This document shows positions 33,523 through 45,725 of a DNA stretch of 64,000 bases, in pieces. The stretch is from contig NW_027191452.1 of the NCBI RefSeq assembly GCF_011745625.1, positions 496,001 through 560,000 of the forward strand. The letters run 5' to 3'. Within the stretch, counting starts at the first letter, position 1. Every line of letters starts with the position of its first letter. Position numbers and translations under genes: made by a program. The notes below the pieces were generated by a model. It had not been told where the DNA came from. It did not search any database and saw only the letters and a list, made by a program, of their open reading frames with translations. This DNA comes from Cladosporium halotolerans (Eukaryota).

Positions 33523-34378
33523 CTTGTTCGATATACAGGTGAAACGCGATTTCGACGTGGGGGATGAATGGTAACTTCGGTAGATGAGGCAAGCAAGAGC
33601 CGGGTACTATGAGGTCCTCCAGCCCTTATGAAGTACCGTAACGTAGCATTCAAGCATCCAGCTGTGGGCCATCAAATGCAAGACGAGTGGACAACGAATC
33701 CCAATTCATAGCGAACGTACCCTTCACTTCTTCACGAGGCAATTGTTGTACGAGTTCGTCTCGAGGCACTCGGGAGGACCCACCTTTTCCACTTATATTG
33801 GCAAGATGCATGCTCGATTAGCTGTTTTAAGAGCATGACTTGTCGCCAAGTGCACTGCGCCGACATCGCACGTGCCGACAATCCAAAGCCACCCCTCAAT
33901 GTGGGGTGTGTGTTTTGCGGGGTATGGCAACGCAGAAACGTCGGCACGGGCTCTCTAGGCTCTGTCAATGGTTGATTGCAATCTTGCGTATTTTGACTGT
34001 TTGTAACGAATCTCGATGACATTTAAATGGTCTCGTTGCTGAACGAATCGTTCAACGGCAGTGTCAACTTTCTGTCCCTCTATGGCTCAAAGCGCGGAAA
34101 CAACATCACAATGATCATCGAGCTCAGAGAATTTCACTTTATGTTGGATGAAAAAGTGCACTTGATGACATTGACATTGATATTGATGCATATTGGTATT
34201 CTGGTCGGAATGATAGATGTCAAACTCTCAAACACTACTGCCACCATGACCCTCTGAAAATCCGACTTCTCCACCGACATTGATGTGGTAAGCATCTCAT
34301 TTGCTGCTCATCGCGAAGTGAAGGTCACAAGCGACCCACGACCACAAGAAAATGCACGGAAAGCAATTCAGGAGCTCT

Positions 34379-35337
34379 TCAACAAACTAGAATCTTCGTT
34401 AGCTAAGCATATATCGGGATCATCTGAGCAAACTCACTTCCAATCACTCCGTTAACGGGAATATCAATCGATGTCTGGCGAGAGTCAGCATAAGTCAAAG
34501 CAATCTGTTCCCAACACAATCACTCACGGTATAGCTTGCTGCATCACTCAATAGATACACGTAAGCGCCTCCTAGCTCCTCGACCTCCGCAAGTCGCGGC
34601 ATGCCACCATAGTACTTCAGCTGCTGCTCCCAATCTGGCTGCTGGGGCACCCAGTAAGTCATTGCGGTGTTCACCAAGCCAGGCGAAATACTGTTAACTC
34701 TGATATTGTACTGCGCCCACTCCATGGCAAGCGTGTGTGTCATGTTGCGCACACCAGCCTTGCTTGCACCATAAGGCGCAGAAGGGACACGCTTGTTAGG
34801 GCGATACGACGCCATCGACGCCGTAAAGACAACAGAGCCTTTCACGCCGAGCTTGATGAACGCCCTGGCCGCGACGCGGGCGCAGAAGAAAGCGCCGTAG
34901 AGGTTGATGGACCACAGCTGGTCTATTTCCTCCCTCGTGAAGTCCAGCGCGGGCTTGTGCTTTGTGCGGCCGGCGTTGACGACCATGCCGTGGATTGAGC
35001 CGGCTTCCTGCACGATCTGGTCGACGGCCGCCGTGACGGTGTCTTCGTTCGTGACGTCTGCTTTGATTGCGTGGAGTTTGCCCGGGAAGCGCTTCGCGAC
35101 GGCGGCGAAATCGTCGCCTGTCTCGCCGATGTCTATCGAGTAGACATGGGAGGCGCCATTGTCGAGGCAAGAGTTGGCGATGCCGAGACCGATGCCTCGG
35201 TTTGCTCCGGTGATGGCGATGACTTTGCCGGCAAGTTGGATGCTGGTGGTGGGACGGCTTGTTTCACTTGAAGTGGTCTGGATATCGTTCGCGGGTAGGC
35301 CATTTTGAGGACCGTTGTGAAGCTCGTTGGCAGTCAT
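34379..35337 (-). CDS. Short-chain dehydrogenase/reductase (sugar/polyol reductase-like), probably 3 exons
   Basis: ITGANRGIG, VNAG, ASMAS, YGASK, IRVNSISPG. Introns 34527-34475 and probably 34437-34387 give a ...PVNGVIGIC* ending. Confidence 0.88.
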
Positions 35338-36273
35338 TGTGATGTATTTAGCTCGGATGAAGGAGAAGTACAAGCTGCTTGTCACGATGTGGTAACCAGG
35401 ACAGTGACTTGATGCATAGAGGTAAGCTGTGCCATCAAGGCAAGACAGCTCTGCTATTTATCACATCCATACCAGACGACTGTCACGCTGTCACACTACT
35501 GCGAGCAGGTAATGGCCTCAGATGCCTCGAGACGAGCCACCCTGGAGGATTAGAGGTTTAGAGGTATTAGCGTGGTAGCCCAGAATGATTAGAGGTTCTC
35601 GGCGTTGTTTCAGCCCGAAGATACTGCTACTAACATCCGAGCATCGCTCGGGTTCGGGACGAAGTGAGGCGGAGTTAAAGCCTGCGTGGCCCAAGCGTGC
35701 GGGAAGCGGAACGACGCGACGACCCTTCGACACGCAGGGATGACGTCCTGCTGAATCAGGTAAGCTAGCATCTGCCCTGGAAGGAGAGGGGTTCGTATCA
35801 AGAAATGCATCGTGCACGCAGCTTGTTTGCCGGTCCAGAAAGTGAAGATCATTCTCGCTTCTGTGTCATACGTCAGCGACTGGAACACCTTCGGTTACTA
35901 CGCTCGAGTATTTGTGTTATCAGGTCTCGAATAGTGCTACATCCCGCGTTGCCGGGGATTGTGCGAGCAATACCTGACATCATTAGCGGATTCATCGGAA
36001 GCCATTATTCCTGGCGGTAGATGGCTAGGTCTTGCCCCCAGTCTACGGCTCAGTCGATCACCCGGAGAACTACTCCTAAGGCACTCGACTCTAAACTGCT
36101 GTAATCGTAGTCTTGACGATTTTGTGCTCAACATTGTCACAAGCTACTCTACCAATCCATCTCCGTTCCTAGTCATATCTCACCAGATAACACCTTGAAC
36201 GCCAGTGACTGCGACCTGGTGCCCACGACACCGAAAGCCCGGCGCCTCGCTTCTGAACCTACACACACCCATC

Positions 36274-38157
36274 ATGGCGGAATTACACGAAGCCCTGAAG
36301 GCGCTCTCGCCCACAGGATGGAGCGACGTGCCCCTCGACGACCTCGACGCCTACATGACCGCCCTGCTCTCCTCCGGCGAGCTAATCTGCAACTCCATAC
36401 CACCGCCCGCCGAAGGTACTGCCTTCCACGAAGCGAAGCCTCACTTTGAGCAGCCCAACGGCGCCACGTCGCACAAAGATGTCCACCCATCGACCGCTCG
36501 CTCGTATCCTCCTGGCAAAGAGCACGAGGATTTGCAGAAGAACTGGGGGAAGGCGATGAAGTTCTCTGCGAAGGAGAACCCGCTGAACATCGCGGTGTAC
36601 AAGATGGCAGGGCACGACAGGCACGGCGCGTGGTTTGCGAGGCGGAGCGTGCATGAGGGTTTGGGGTTCACGAAGTTCAAGAACGCGATGAAGAGGGAGT
36701 TCGCGGAGAGTATGGCGGTGGAGGGCGGCCCAGGAAGTGGAAGTATCAGAGGCATTGGCGTCGACACGCGGCTCGAAAGCCGAGAGGTCGAGGGTGTGGG
36801 AGCGCTCGAGGTTTACCAGCTGAGCGCTCAGTTCCCTGGTCCTACAACACCGCGAGAGTTCATTCCGCTATTGATCACCAGCGACAACGCCATGACGAAC
36901 CTCAGCGCCGCGAAACTGAGCAATGGCTCATCACACGTGCCTCGCAGCCATATGATCCTCTCACGGCCCATCACACACCCCGACGCTCCAGAGAGGCCTG
37001 GCTACATCAGAGGAAAGTACGAGTCCGTGGAACTCATTCGAGAAATCCCGCTCGCGCAGTCCAAATCTGGAGACAGCGTTGGCGATCCAGAGCTTAACCC
37101 TGTGGAATGGATCATGATCACCCGCTCAGACCCCGGTGGTGGAATCCCCCGCTTCATGGTCGACCGAGGAACGCCTTCCACGATGCTCGGAGACGTACAC
37201 AAATGGCTTGACTGGGCCACCGTGCTCAACGAGAACGAAGAGCTTGGAACGCAGGCACCGGACAAAGGCCCGGCCGACACGGAGGAAACCAAATCCGCCG
37301 AAGCCGACGGAAACAAGGGACTGGAAGCGACGGCCGATCCTACCATCCGCAAGAGAGCCTCCACGGAGCCTGTACCTCAGCAAGAAGGCGTCGTCTCACA
37401 CCTCACACAAGCTCTTGAAGCCGGCATCGACGCCTATGCGCCGACCATGGTATCATCATACATGCACGGCCGCATGGACAGCCAGGACATCGATTCAGAC
37501 TCCTCCTCCGTCTCATCCTCCAGCGGCTCCTTCATGAGCGCCAACGAAAGACACTCCGTGGCGGCCGCGGAAGACCTCCCGGTTGACAAAGACAGCCCCG
37601 CGGCGTCCTCGCAAGTCTCCCTCGCGTCAGTCGACACCAAGAGCTCGAAGAACCTCACGCAGCACGACAAGGAGGTCATCAAGCTCGCGAAGCAGCGCGA
37701 CAAGCTGGACCGCAAGCTCGCGAAGAAGCGGCAGGAGGAGGAGGCGAGGCTCAAAAAGACGATGGAGTCGGAGAACGGCGAGCAGGAGAAGGCGAAGGAG
37801 AGGCACGAGCGCGAGGTCAAAAAGTCGGAGGAGCGGCATCGGCGCGAGATGGAGAAGCTGGAGGCGAAGAAGGAGAAGGAGGCGCGCAAGGCGGAGGAGA
37901 AGAGGCATAAGCGGGATGAGAGGGGGATTGTGTCTCGTGTTACGAGGGAGAGGGATGAGTTTAGGAGTCAGGCGGAGTTGCTGAAGCGGGAGGTGGAACT
38001 TTTGCACCAGCAGGTTGGGGAGTTGCAGAAGGAGAATACGGGTTTGGCTTCGAGGTTGGGACAGCTGGGCGTGACGGATGGTGGGAATTCGGCAGCGCGA
38101 AGAAGCTCGACAAGTCTTTCTTCGAGGAGCCGAGAGAATTCGAAAACCAAGAAATAG
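36274..38157 (+). CDS. DUF3074 / START-like fold protein with C-terminal coiled coil
   Basis: Long ORF with AWFARRSVH, QFPGPTTPREF, YESVELIREI and VEWIMITRSDPGGGIPRFMVDRGTP; charged coiled-coil tail. Confidence 0.85.
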   Translation: MAELHEALKALSPTGWSDVPLDDLDAYMTALLSSGELICNSIPPPAEGTAFHEAKPHFEQPNGATSHKDVHPSTARSYPPGKEHEDLQKNWGKAMKFSAKENPLNIAVYKMAGHDRHGAWFARRSVHEGLGFTKFKNAMKREFAESMAVEGGPGSGSIRGIGVDTRLESREVEGVGALEVYQLSAQFPGPTTPREFIPLLITSDNAMTNLSAAKLSNGSSHVPRSHMILSRPITHPDAPERPGYIRGKYESVELIREIPLAQSKSGDSVGDPELNPVEWIMITRSDPGGGIPRFMVDRGTPSTMLGDVHKWLDWATVLNENEELGTQAPDKGPADTEETKSAEADGNKGLEATADPTIRKRASTEPVPQQEGVVSHLTQALEAGIDAYAPTMVSSYMHGRMDSQDIDSDSSSVSSSSGSFMSANERHSVAAAEDLPVDKDSPAASSQVSLASVDTKSSKNLTQHDKEVIKLAKQRDKLDRKLAKKRQEEEARLKKTMESENGEQEKAKERHEREVKKSEERHRREMEKLEAKKEKEARKAEEKRHKRDERGIVSRVTRERDEFRSQAELLKREVELLHQQVGELQKENTGLASRLGQLGVTDGGNSAARRSSTSLSSRSRENSKTKK

Positions 38158-38832
38158 ACTTACCGTGCATGCGGCATCGAGGCGTTAAGGAGTACGCCCG
38201 GAATGTGATAGTGGACGGTGTAGCATATGAGCATCACGCAGAGCGAACACTTCATTGCAACCTCCAACCACCATGAATTGTCAAGTACTAGCATCTTCCG
38301 AGTCTGCCCTGTCTGCGTGCGTGCCAATGTACAACGTATGCCAGTGCATAGCACCCACGCAGGCGAGTTTATTACTCCAGACGAGGTTGAAACACGGCTG
38401 TGCATACCCGAGCATCCGTAACGAGAGCCCCGGCACGGGATCTGCATGTGGCGCGACGTCACCGGCAACACAAGAAGTGGGATGGGGATGTTGATCGCGA
38501 TTGTTCGCGTCGGCGCCGTATCAGCCGCGCATCAGCAAACAAATCACAGCATGACGCCCTTCGCTTCGCCGCCGCCTGGCTGGCTGCCTGTCCGCAAGCA
38601 CTGCCCATGTGATGCGCTCGCAGTCGCCATTCGCCGCGAACGAAACGTCTTCCGTGCGAGGCCGTGAGCGAGCAGAGCGAGTGGCCTGGTCGCCAGCTGG
38701 CAACGGCGTGGGCAAAGCTTCTGGCTGCCATTGTACGGCAATTGATCCGCCCTCCCTTGATATCTCCTCCTCCATTTTGTCTGTAAGCGTTTCTGCCAGA
38801 TCTGCGAGTGCAGGCCACCCAGAGTTGTCATC

Positions 38833-40612
38833 ATGGCCAACGGCACGGCCGACGGCTATTTCCCTGACATGCAGCATCCCGACATCCGCCAGCCACGGGC
38901 AAGAAAGCCAATGAACGCCGCAGTCGCGCGCGCGGTTAGCCAGGACGTCACAACATCAGACGCCGCTTCGGGTTATGCTAGGTAAACGAAAAACACCATA
39001 TTCATTCGTGTACAGTTGTTTGACAGTGCTACCTCCAGTGGAAGAAGCACACCCGCTCCGCCCGACGACGCTCCACCCTCAGTCAAGACCACCTCCGCTG
39101 TCCGCAAAGAGATCCGCCAGCAGAACAAACGGAGGATCTTTCCAACGATCGAGTATCAGTCGCGAGTGTCGTACTTCGACCCCACCAGCGAATATGCGAA
39201 CTTCACAGGCTTCTTCGTCCTCTTCTGGATCGGCCTTGCGATCATGGTCATCACGGCTATGCTGCGAAACTTGAAAGAGACGGGCTCCCTGTTGAACATC
39301 CGCCAATGGCCGCTCTTCACCGAGAATATTTATGAGCTTGCAGCGAGTGACGCTCTCATGGCCGCGAGCACTGGGCTGGCTTTGCCTTTACATTTCCTGT
39401 TCAAGAGCAGCAAGGGCTGGCTGAGGTGGAGCCGCGGCGGTATGATTGTCCAGAGCCTCTTTCAGTTCGGCTGGATCATTTTCTGGTGCAGCTGGCCTTT
39501 CGTACGTGATTGGACATGGACAGCGCAGGTCTTCTTCACTCTACACCTGCTGGCCTTGTTCATGAAGATGCACTCGTACGCTTTCTACAACGGTCACCTC
39601 AGCACCACATTGAACCGCCTCAAGGAGCTGGACAACCCGATCACGGCGCAGACACCGACAACCGCGGCTGTTCGCTACCCTCATGTCTTCGAGCCCTTGG
39701 GTGCAGCCAATCCCGACGAGCCGGAGAGGCTGCACGAGCACGAGCATATCTCGCCTATTGCCCAGCTCCGTGAGGATCTGGCCAAAGAGCTCACCTCCCC
39801 CATGGGACGGGTGACCTACCCTCAAAACCTCACCGTCGGCAATTTCTGGGATTACCTCCTTTGCCCAACCCTCTGCTACGAGCTGGAGTATCCGCGAACC
39901 GAGCGCACCAATCCCCTCGAGCTCTTTTACAAGACGCTCGCCGTCTTCGGCTGCATCTTCCTCATGACGATCACATCCGAAGAGTTCATCATCCCCGTCC
40001 TCCACGACTCGTCTGTGCGTCTGCAATCGAGCAGCCTCAACTACGTCGACCGCGGCCTCATCTTCGCCGAAACCGTCAGCCACCTCCTCTTCCCCTTCAT
40101 GGTGACCTTCCTGCTCGTCTTTCTCGTCATATTCGAGTACGTGCTCGGCGCCTTCGCCGAAATCACTCGCTTCGGCGACCGCAGATTCTACGCCGACTGG
40201 TGGAACTCGCTCGACTGGCTCGAGTTCTCACGCGAATGGAACATCCCTGTCCACCACTTCTTCCGTCGCCACGTGTACTCGGCTTCGCGCACGACTATGA
40301 GCCGGCCGTTCGCGACGGTCGTGACGTTCCTCATCAGCTCGCTGGCGCATGAGCTCGTGATGGGCTGCATCACGAGGAAGTTCAGGGGCTACGGGTTCTT
40401 CATGATGATGATGCAGATGCCGATTGTGATGGTGCAGAGGATGCCTTGGGTGAGGAAGAGGACGTTGTTGAACAATGTCCTGTTCTGGTGCAGTATGATC
40501 CTGGGGTTGAGTTTGGTATGTCTTCTTGCCGCCGTTGTGGCAGCGATGTTAGTCCGATTGAAGTCAGCTAACACCCATCTAACAGATGTGCGCGCTGTAC
40601 GTGCTTGTATAG
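38833..40612 (+). CDS. Sterol O-acyltransferase (Are1/Are2-like MBOAT), 3 exons
   Basis: MKMHSY, PTLCYELEYPR, FYADWWNS, WNIPVH, SSLAHE. Intron 40516-40585 gives the MCALYVLV* ending; first intron probably 38982-39026. Confidence 0.92.
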
Positions 40613-40671
40613 AACCGATCATAGAACAAATCCCACTCCCCTCCCTCCAAACCCGCCCCATCCATTCCCTC

Positions 40672-41769
40672 TCACAAACTCCTCGCAAACCCCACCACAT
40701 CCCTCGCAGCCGCCTCATGCTGCTCCGGCAACGCCTTCCGAAAAGCCACCTGTGCCCCATGCACCAACCCCACCGCCACGCTCGCCCTCACCTGAACTCC
40801 CGCCGCCACCAACTTCCTCGCAAACGCCACCCCCTCGTCCCTCAACGGATCCAGCTCCGCCATCTCCAGCACAACCGGCGGCAACCCCCTCAACTCCTCC
40901 TCGCTCGCATGGTACGGCCACGCGCGCGGATCCTCCAGCACGTCCTCGCCATAATACCACCCGAACGCCGCCATGCCCGCGCCCGACAGCACGTACCCGT
41001 CGTTCTCGACCAGCGACGGCAGCTCGGCCAGTTTCCGCTCCTCGCTCCACCCGGACCCGTTGCTGACGTACGGCACGATCCCGTACACGCCCGCCACGGC
41101 GCCCTCCAGCCAGCCCTCGCGCTTCGCTTTCAGCGCCGTCGCGATGGCGAGGTTCGCCCCGCCGCTCTCGCCCTGCAGCACGATGTTGCCGATCCCCAGC
41201 TCGGCGCGGTGCGCCGCGAGCCACTGGGTGGCGGCCGCGCAGTCGTTGAGCCCGGCGGGGAACGGGTTGCGCGTCGAGGGCGGCGTGAAGGCGTTGCGGA
41301 AGTCGACGAGGACGGCGATGGCGCCCTGGGCTGCGAGGGAGCGGGTCCAGCGCCTGTGGACTTTGGTCTCGGTCGGGATGAAGACCATGGCGCCGCCGTG
41401 GACGTAGACGACTGCGGGCAGCGGGGCCGTGGCGGCGGCGGCGGCTGCGACGGGCGTGTAGATCCAGAGGCGGATGGGGTTTGCGTCGGGGCCGGCGATG
41501 GTGTGTTCGGTCACGCTGATTTCGGGCTCGGAGGAGTCGGAGGGGAGCTCGTTGTCGAGCGACTCGGAGACGGCTGTGAAGGCTGCGTCGTTGGCGGCGA
41601 TGATGGGGGTAAGGGAGTCGACGGAGAGGGTTGGGGGGAGGTCGGGAAGGGGCTCCTCGCCCATGCCGAGGGCGGAGAGGGTTTGCTTGACGATGGGGTG
41701 GGTGCGGGGGTCGGTGAGGACGGTCATGGATGGGTCGCCGAGGCGGCCGGGAGGGGGTTGTGCGGTCAT
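40672..41769 (-). CDS. Hormone-sensitive-lipase-family esterase, brefeldin A esterase-like, intronless
   Basis: 365 aa with HGGA oxyanion motif, GESGG nucleophile, LDPLRDEG and GLVHG; N-terminal PPGRLGD...TDPR. Confidence 0.9.
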   Translation of the reverse strand: MTAQPPPGRLGDPSMTVLTDPRTHPIVKQTLSALGMGEEPLPDLPPTLSVDSLTPIIAANDAAFTAVSESLDNELPSDSSEPEISVTEHTIAGPDANPIRLWIYTPVAAAAAATAPLPAVVYVHGGAMVFIPTETKVHRRWTRSLAAQGAIAVLVDFRNAFTPPSTRNPFPAGLNDCAAATQWLAAHRAELGIGNIVLQGESGGANLAIATALKAKREGWLEGAVAGVYGIVPYVSNGSGWSEERKLAELPSLVENDGYVLSGAGMAAFGWYYGEDVLEDPRAWPYHASEEELRGLPPVVLEMAELDPLRDEGVAFARKLVAAGVQVRASVAVGLVHGAQVAFRKALPEQHEAAARDVVGFARSL

Positions 41770-43452
41770 TTTTTGTTGTTCCGTGTTTGTTTGATCGTTC
41801 TGAATGTTGTTTTCGAGTCGAGTACTTGAAGTGTGAGTCTTGATAATGTATCAAATCGGCGAACGAGTCCAGGCGACGTGCTAAAATACCCATCCGACTT
41901 CATCCCATCAGCACCAGCCTTTTCAACCAGTCACGGCCCTCCCAACTCGTGTCATCACACGTCCTGCCCTCAGTAATACTCAACCTCGGACCATCGTTCC
42001 CCACATTAGGACCCACCCGCGCGCGCCAGCTGGTTAGAAATCCATGCCCCCACCTTAGACCCTCTAGTTGAAAGCACCGCGGCGCGCAGGCCAATCGCCA
42101 ACGCGGACGTCCATCTCGGAGCGCGCGCGCAAAGGATCCGAGTGAGCGATTTGCGACATCCAGTGCTTACAAATGGTTCTTACGCGATGACAGGGAGCGG
42201 CAGATAGGATTGGGCGTGCAGACTCCGTGTTTGAGGAACGAGACGAGCGACCTGATGCTCCTGTGACGCGGCGAGCGGCAGATTATCAATCACCACACAC
42301 GTACGGCATCAATAGTCGACTCGACAGGCCATCCCATCGCAAGTCCCGCACCGCTCGACGCCGACCTAAACTCTTCGAAGACTCAACCCGAATTGACCAA
42401 ATCGTATTTTTCGTAAATATCCTCTCTCCGTCCTCTACGCTCTTTGCTTTACATACACGTGTTTGTGGAACGAGAATCCCCATCGATCGCCTGGGACAGC
42501 GCCTTAACGTCCACTCCCGACCCCACCCCCTCCGAGACCAGCGCTCAACTCCCCGCTTCATATCTAAGGTAACATATGCAACAATTTCCCCCCAAAAAAC
42601 AAAACTCAACAACGATCAAAACAAGCAAACGAACGCGCCCTCTTTCCACCCAAAAAAGCAAGCGGGTGGATCGTGTCCGCGGCCGCCACGGATGTCTTTC
42701 GCGCCCCTTTCTCCCGGGTTTTTTGATGTAGAACAGACACTATCGGTAAGGTTGGATGGTTGTTTGGTTTGGAGAGAGAGGCCTATGCAGAGGAGTCCCA
42801 ACAATGCGACAGGCAAAGGCAGACGAACGCCGGGTTGAACATATGCATCGCGAGTCCGTGTATGAAAAAAACAAAACAAAACGACAACGGCAGGAACGCC
42901 GTCGCAGAGCACTGGCGGAGTGGCTCGGAAGCAGGACGAGAACAAGGACGCTCCGAGTGGTGAAGACTTGCGGGCCGGGCGTGCGTGGGTGATCGATAAA
43001 TTGCTTGGTCCGTCGTTGCTAGGCCTGATGTGATGGGCGAGGGTGGGTGCTCGGAGGAACAGGTGTGCCCGGCACCGGCGGCTGCGTCTGGTCTGTCGCC
43101 GGCGGGATTGATATAGCGACGATCAGGCGAATCCAGAGTATCCAAAAAGTCCTCGCTCATGTGGCTGGTGGCGAGACGTGTCGTTCGCAAAGACTTGCGC
43201 AATACCCGATATGATGCCACGTAGGAGCCTCCTTGATCCGTCCAAATGACGTTCGAAATTCACAGTTCGGTCGAGGCGAACAAGATACTGACCAGTCGAG
43301 TAGAGAAGAAGTACGAAAAGCGGTCGCCGTCATCGTCCGCGTTCGCTCGTCACAATATCCGTCGATCGTTGAAGCGTAATCAAAATTGGCAAGAGCCGGC
43401 CTGTTCGGCCAGGTTCCAGTAAGAAAACATCGGTCTCTGAACCGGAGGCTTA

Positions 43453-45725
43453 TCAGCTCCAAGGCATCCAGGAACGCTTAGACTTCATCTTGCGGGCGTC
43501 CCTCTTCTCCTTGCGGGCCGCCTTGGATTGCTTGTTGGAGTTGGAAGAGGAAGCGGCCTCGCAGCCGTGCATGAAAGTGTTCTTGTCCCATTCGTAGCCG
43601 GCCTTGTCCCTGTAGTGAAAATCTGGTCAGTGATGGGTTCTTACATAGATAGAGGAAAAGCAAGGCAGTCTTACCAGTGAGTGTAGTTGAAGTTGTTGTA
43701 AGGCTCTGGGTGCTTGGCGATGTAGTCGGTGGTCGGGTAGCCCTCGGGGTCGCAAGTCATTTCGCCGTCCTCGTCCTGGTAGATGCGAACGTAGTCCAGA
43801 CGCATGGTCGCTGGCATCAGGGGGCCCAACCCAGTCAGGTTGAGCGCGGCGAAACCGTTACTCATACCGAAGTTGACAATGATCGACATTGGCTCTTCGG
43901 GGATGATACGCTGTCCAATGTTGCCGTTCGGCCTGACCGACTCGCCAACAACCTTCCAGGTGTGGTCGTCACCAACGTTCCAGATGACATAGCCGTCCGC
44001 GCCAGGTTCGTATTCGAAACCGTACTTCTGGTAGGCCTTGCCGTCGTACCAATCGTTGTTGAGAAGTGTCACACTGGACAAAGCCTGCTGGAACACGCCA
44101 CCTTGGTACGAATTATACTCAGTAATTCGGTGGTCGTAGATTTCCATGTAGTCGGCGTCCGGCTGGTAGAAGACATCGAAAGGAGCAACCTGGAACGATT
44201 GCGAGACGGATCCGACGGCGGCTTGCTGGGTCTCAGGGAGAAGGTACTCCACTGAAGCTTCGATAGCGTCGATTTCAGGGGCGCTGCGGGCGACACCTGG
44301 GTTGGGGTGTTCGCCGCCCTCGCAAGTGCAGCCAGGCAGACGCATTCCGGGAAGGTTGCTGACACCACTGGGGTCAGACTGGTTGTAGGTGATACCAGCG
44401 TCACATTCGTCATGGTAACTGTAAGGCCACATGCCGTCGGTGGTCGCAGGGTAGCCGGGTCTTCCAAGGTTACCCATAGCCCAGAAACCTGGCCAGAAAC
44501 CAATGGTGTCACCACGTCCAGGCAGAGAGATCGACGCCTCCAGGTAACCACCCTTGAAGCACAACATGTTCCAAGATTGCAACATGCCGGAGCGGTAGTT
44601 CAGGTTGTGGTTCTTGAAAGCATCGAATTGAATCGCGAGAGTGCCGTTTGCGGTAGTAATCGCATCGGGATCATACCACTGTTGAAATAATCAATATGCG
44701 TTCAAATTGCGGATACCGATTTTTTGAAACTCACCTCCAAGTCCATGGTGACACCATACCAGAAGTCCATGCCTTGCCAGTAGGGATCATCGCCGGGGTA
44801 AAAGGTTCGGCCGGGGTCGTTGAATTCGTCGGAGAAGGTCAACTTCTGGGTCTTGCCGTTCATGTCCTTGCGCGTCATGGCGCTGTCAGGTGTATCGGGA
44901 TCAATCAGTCCTTTTCTAATGCCCTTCAAAAGTGGCACGTTATCTCTCAGACAATCCGGATCTAAGTCGCAAGAACTCTCCATCGTGGCCGACTTTACCT
45001 TGTCTTGCACGAAGGTGCTGCATAAAAATGTTAGTGAATCGCTCACAAGAGAGCTCAAGTGGTGAAACGTACATGATGGGGTATCCAATGAACAAGGTCA
45101 AGAGGCCCAATGTTATCAGAGCCAGACCACCGACGTTCGCCACACCACGCTTAGTAAACAGGTCGGAGAACTTCATCTTTTCCTTGTCACTGGGATCCGG
45201 GTTGTGCAGGTAGTCGTCCTTCTCTACATCTTCCGGGAAGAGCAAAAGTCCTGCCGAAGGCAGGATGTTGTACTTCTCGCTCACAGTCTGCGTGTTCACA
45301 CCCTCATCGTCGCTGCCTGCTCTTGAAGGCGCCCTCGAGTCGTCGAAAGGAGTTGCGAAAGGGCCAGCGCCGTATCTGCTGCTTCTGCTGCCAGCGCTCT
45401 CGGACGACCACGAGGTGCGTCTCGAGTTGAAGCCGCTTTGCGAGGGGGATTGCACGCTGTCGTCGTCTCGGAATCGCCGTGTTCGCGTTCTCGAGGGCGG
45501 GAGCAGGTGTTCTGCGGACTCCTGCGGACCAGGGAGTTGTGCGGCGTACAGACCCGCCGGGACAGCGCTGTTGTTTGATGTGAGGGAACGCGAAGACGGT
45601 TGCCGTTGAGGCTGAGGACGGGCCTGCGATTCGTCCTGCAGGTTTACGAGATCATCGCCGCCGGAGTTGAGACGGATGTGGGGAGGAGCATGCCTAGGAG
45701 GCGGGAGGGACTGGTCCGGGTCCAT
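43453..45725 (-). CDS. KRE6: Kre6/Skn1-family GH16 protein (beta-1,6-glucan synthesis-associated), 4 exons
   Basis: Introns 45072-45018, 44734-44679 and 43674-43610. EKDDYLHNPD, TM helix, FSDEFN..GRTFYPGDDP, YRSGMLQSWN, GNLGRPGY, APEIDAIE. KRE6 and SKN1 cannot be distinguished by eye. Confidence 0.92.

Noticed and set aside
5025..41769. Functional cluster linking exomer, YKT6 and the brefeldin A esterase-like gene (trafficking or self-resistance)
   Set aside because: The genes are spread over 36 kb among unrelated housekeeping genes, and there is no polyketide synthase or Arf-GEF in the window.
39016..41829. 937-aa ORF suggesting an acyltransferase fused to a long C-terminal domain
   Set aside because: It reads through the intron at 40516-40585. 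The extension is the antisense of the GC-rich esterase, and the spliced gene ends at 40612.
42100..43450. Several 100-200 aa ORFs downstream of KRE6
   Set aside because: Low-complexity T/G-rich UTR-like sequence with no codon bias or motifs; most likely a long 3' UTR or intergenic DNA.
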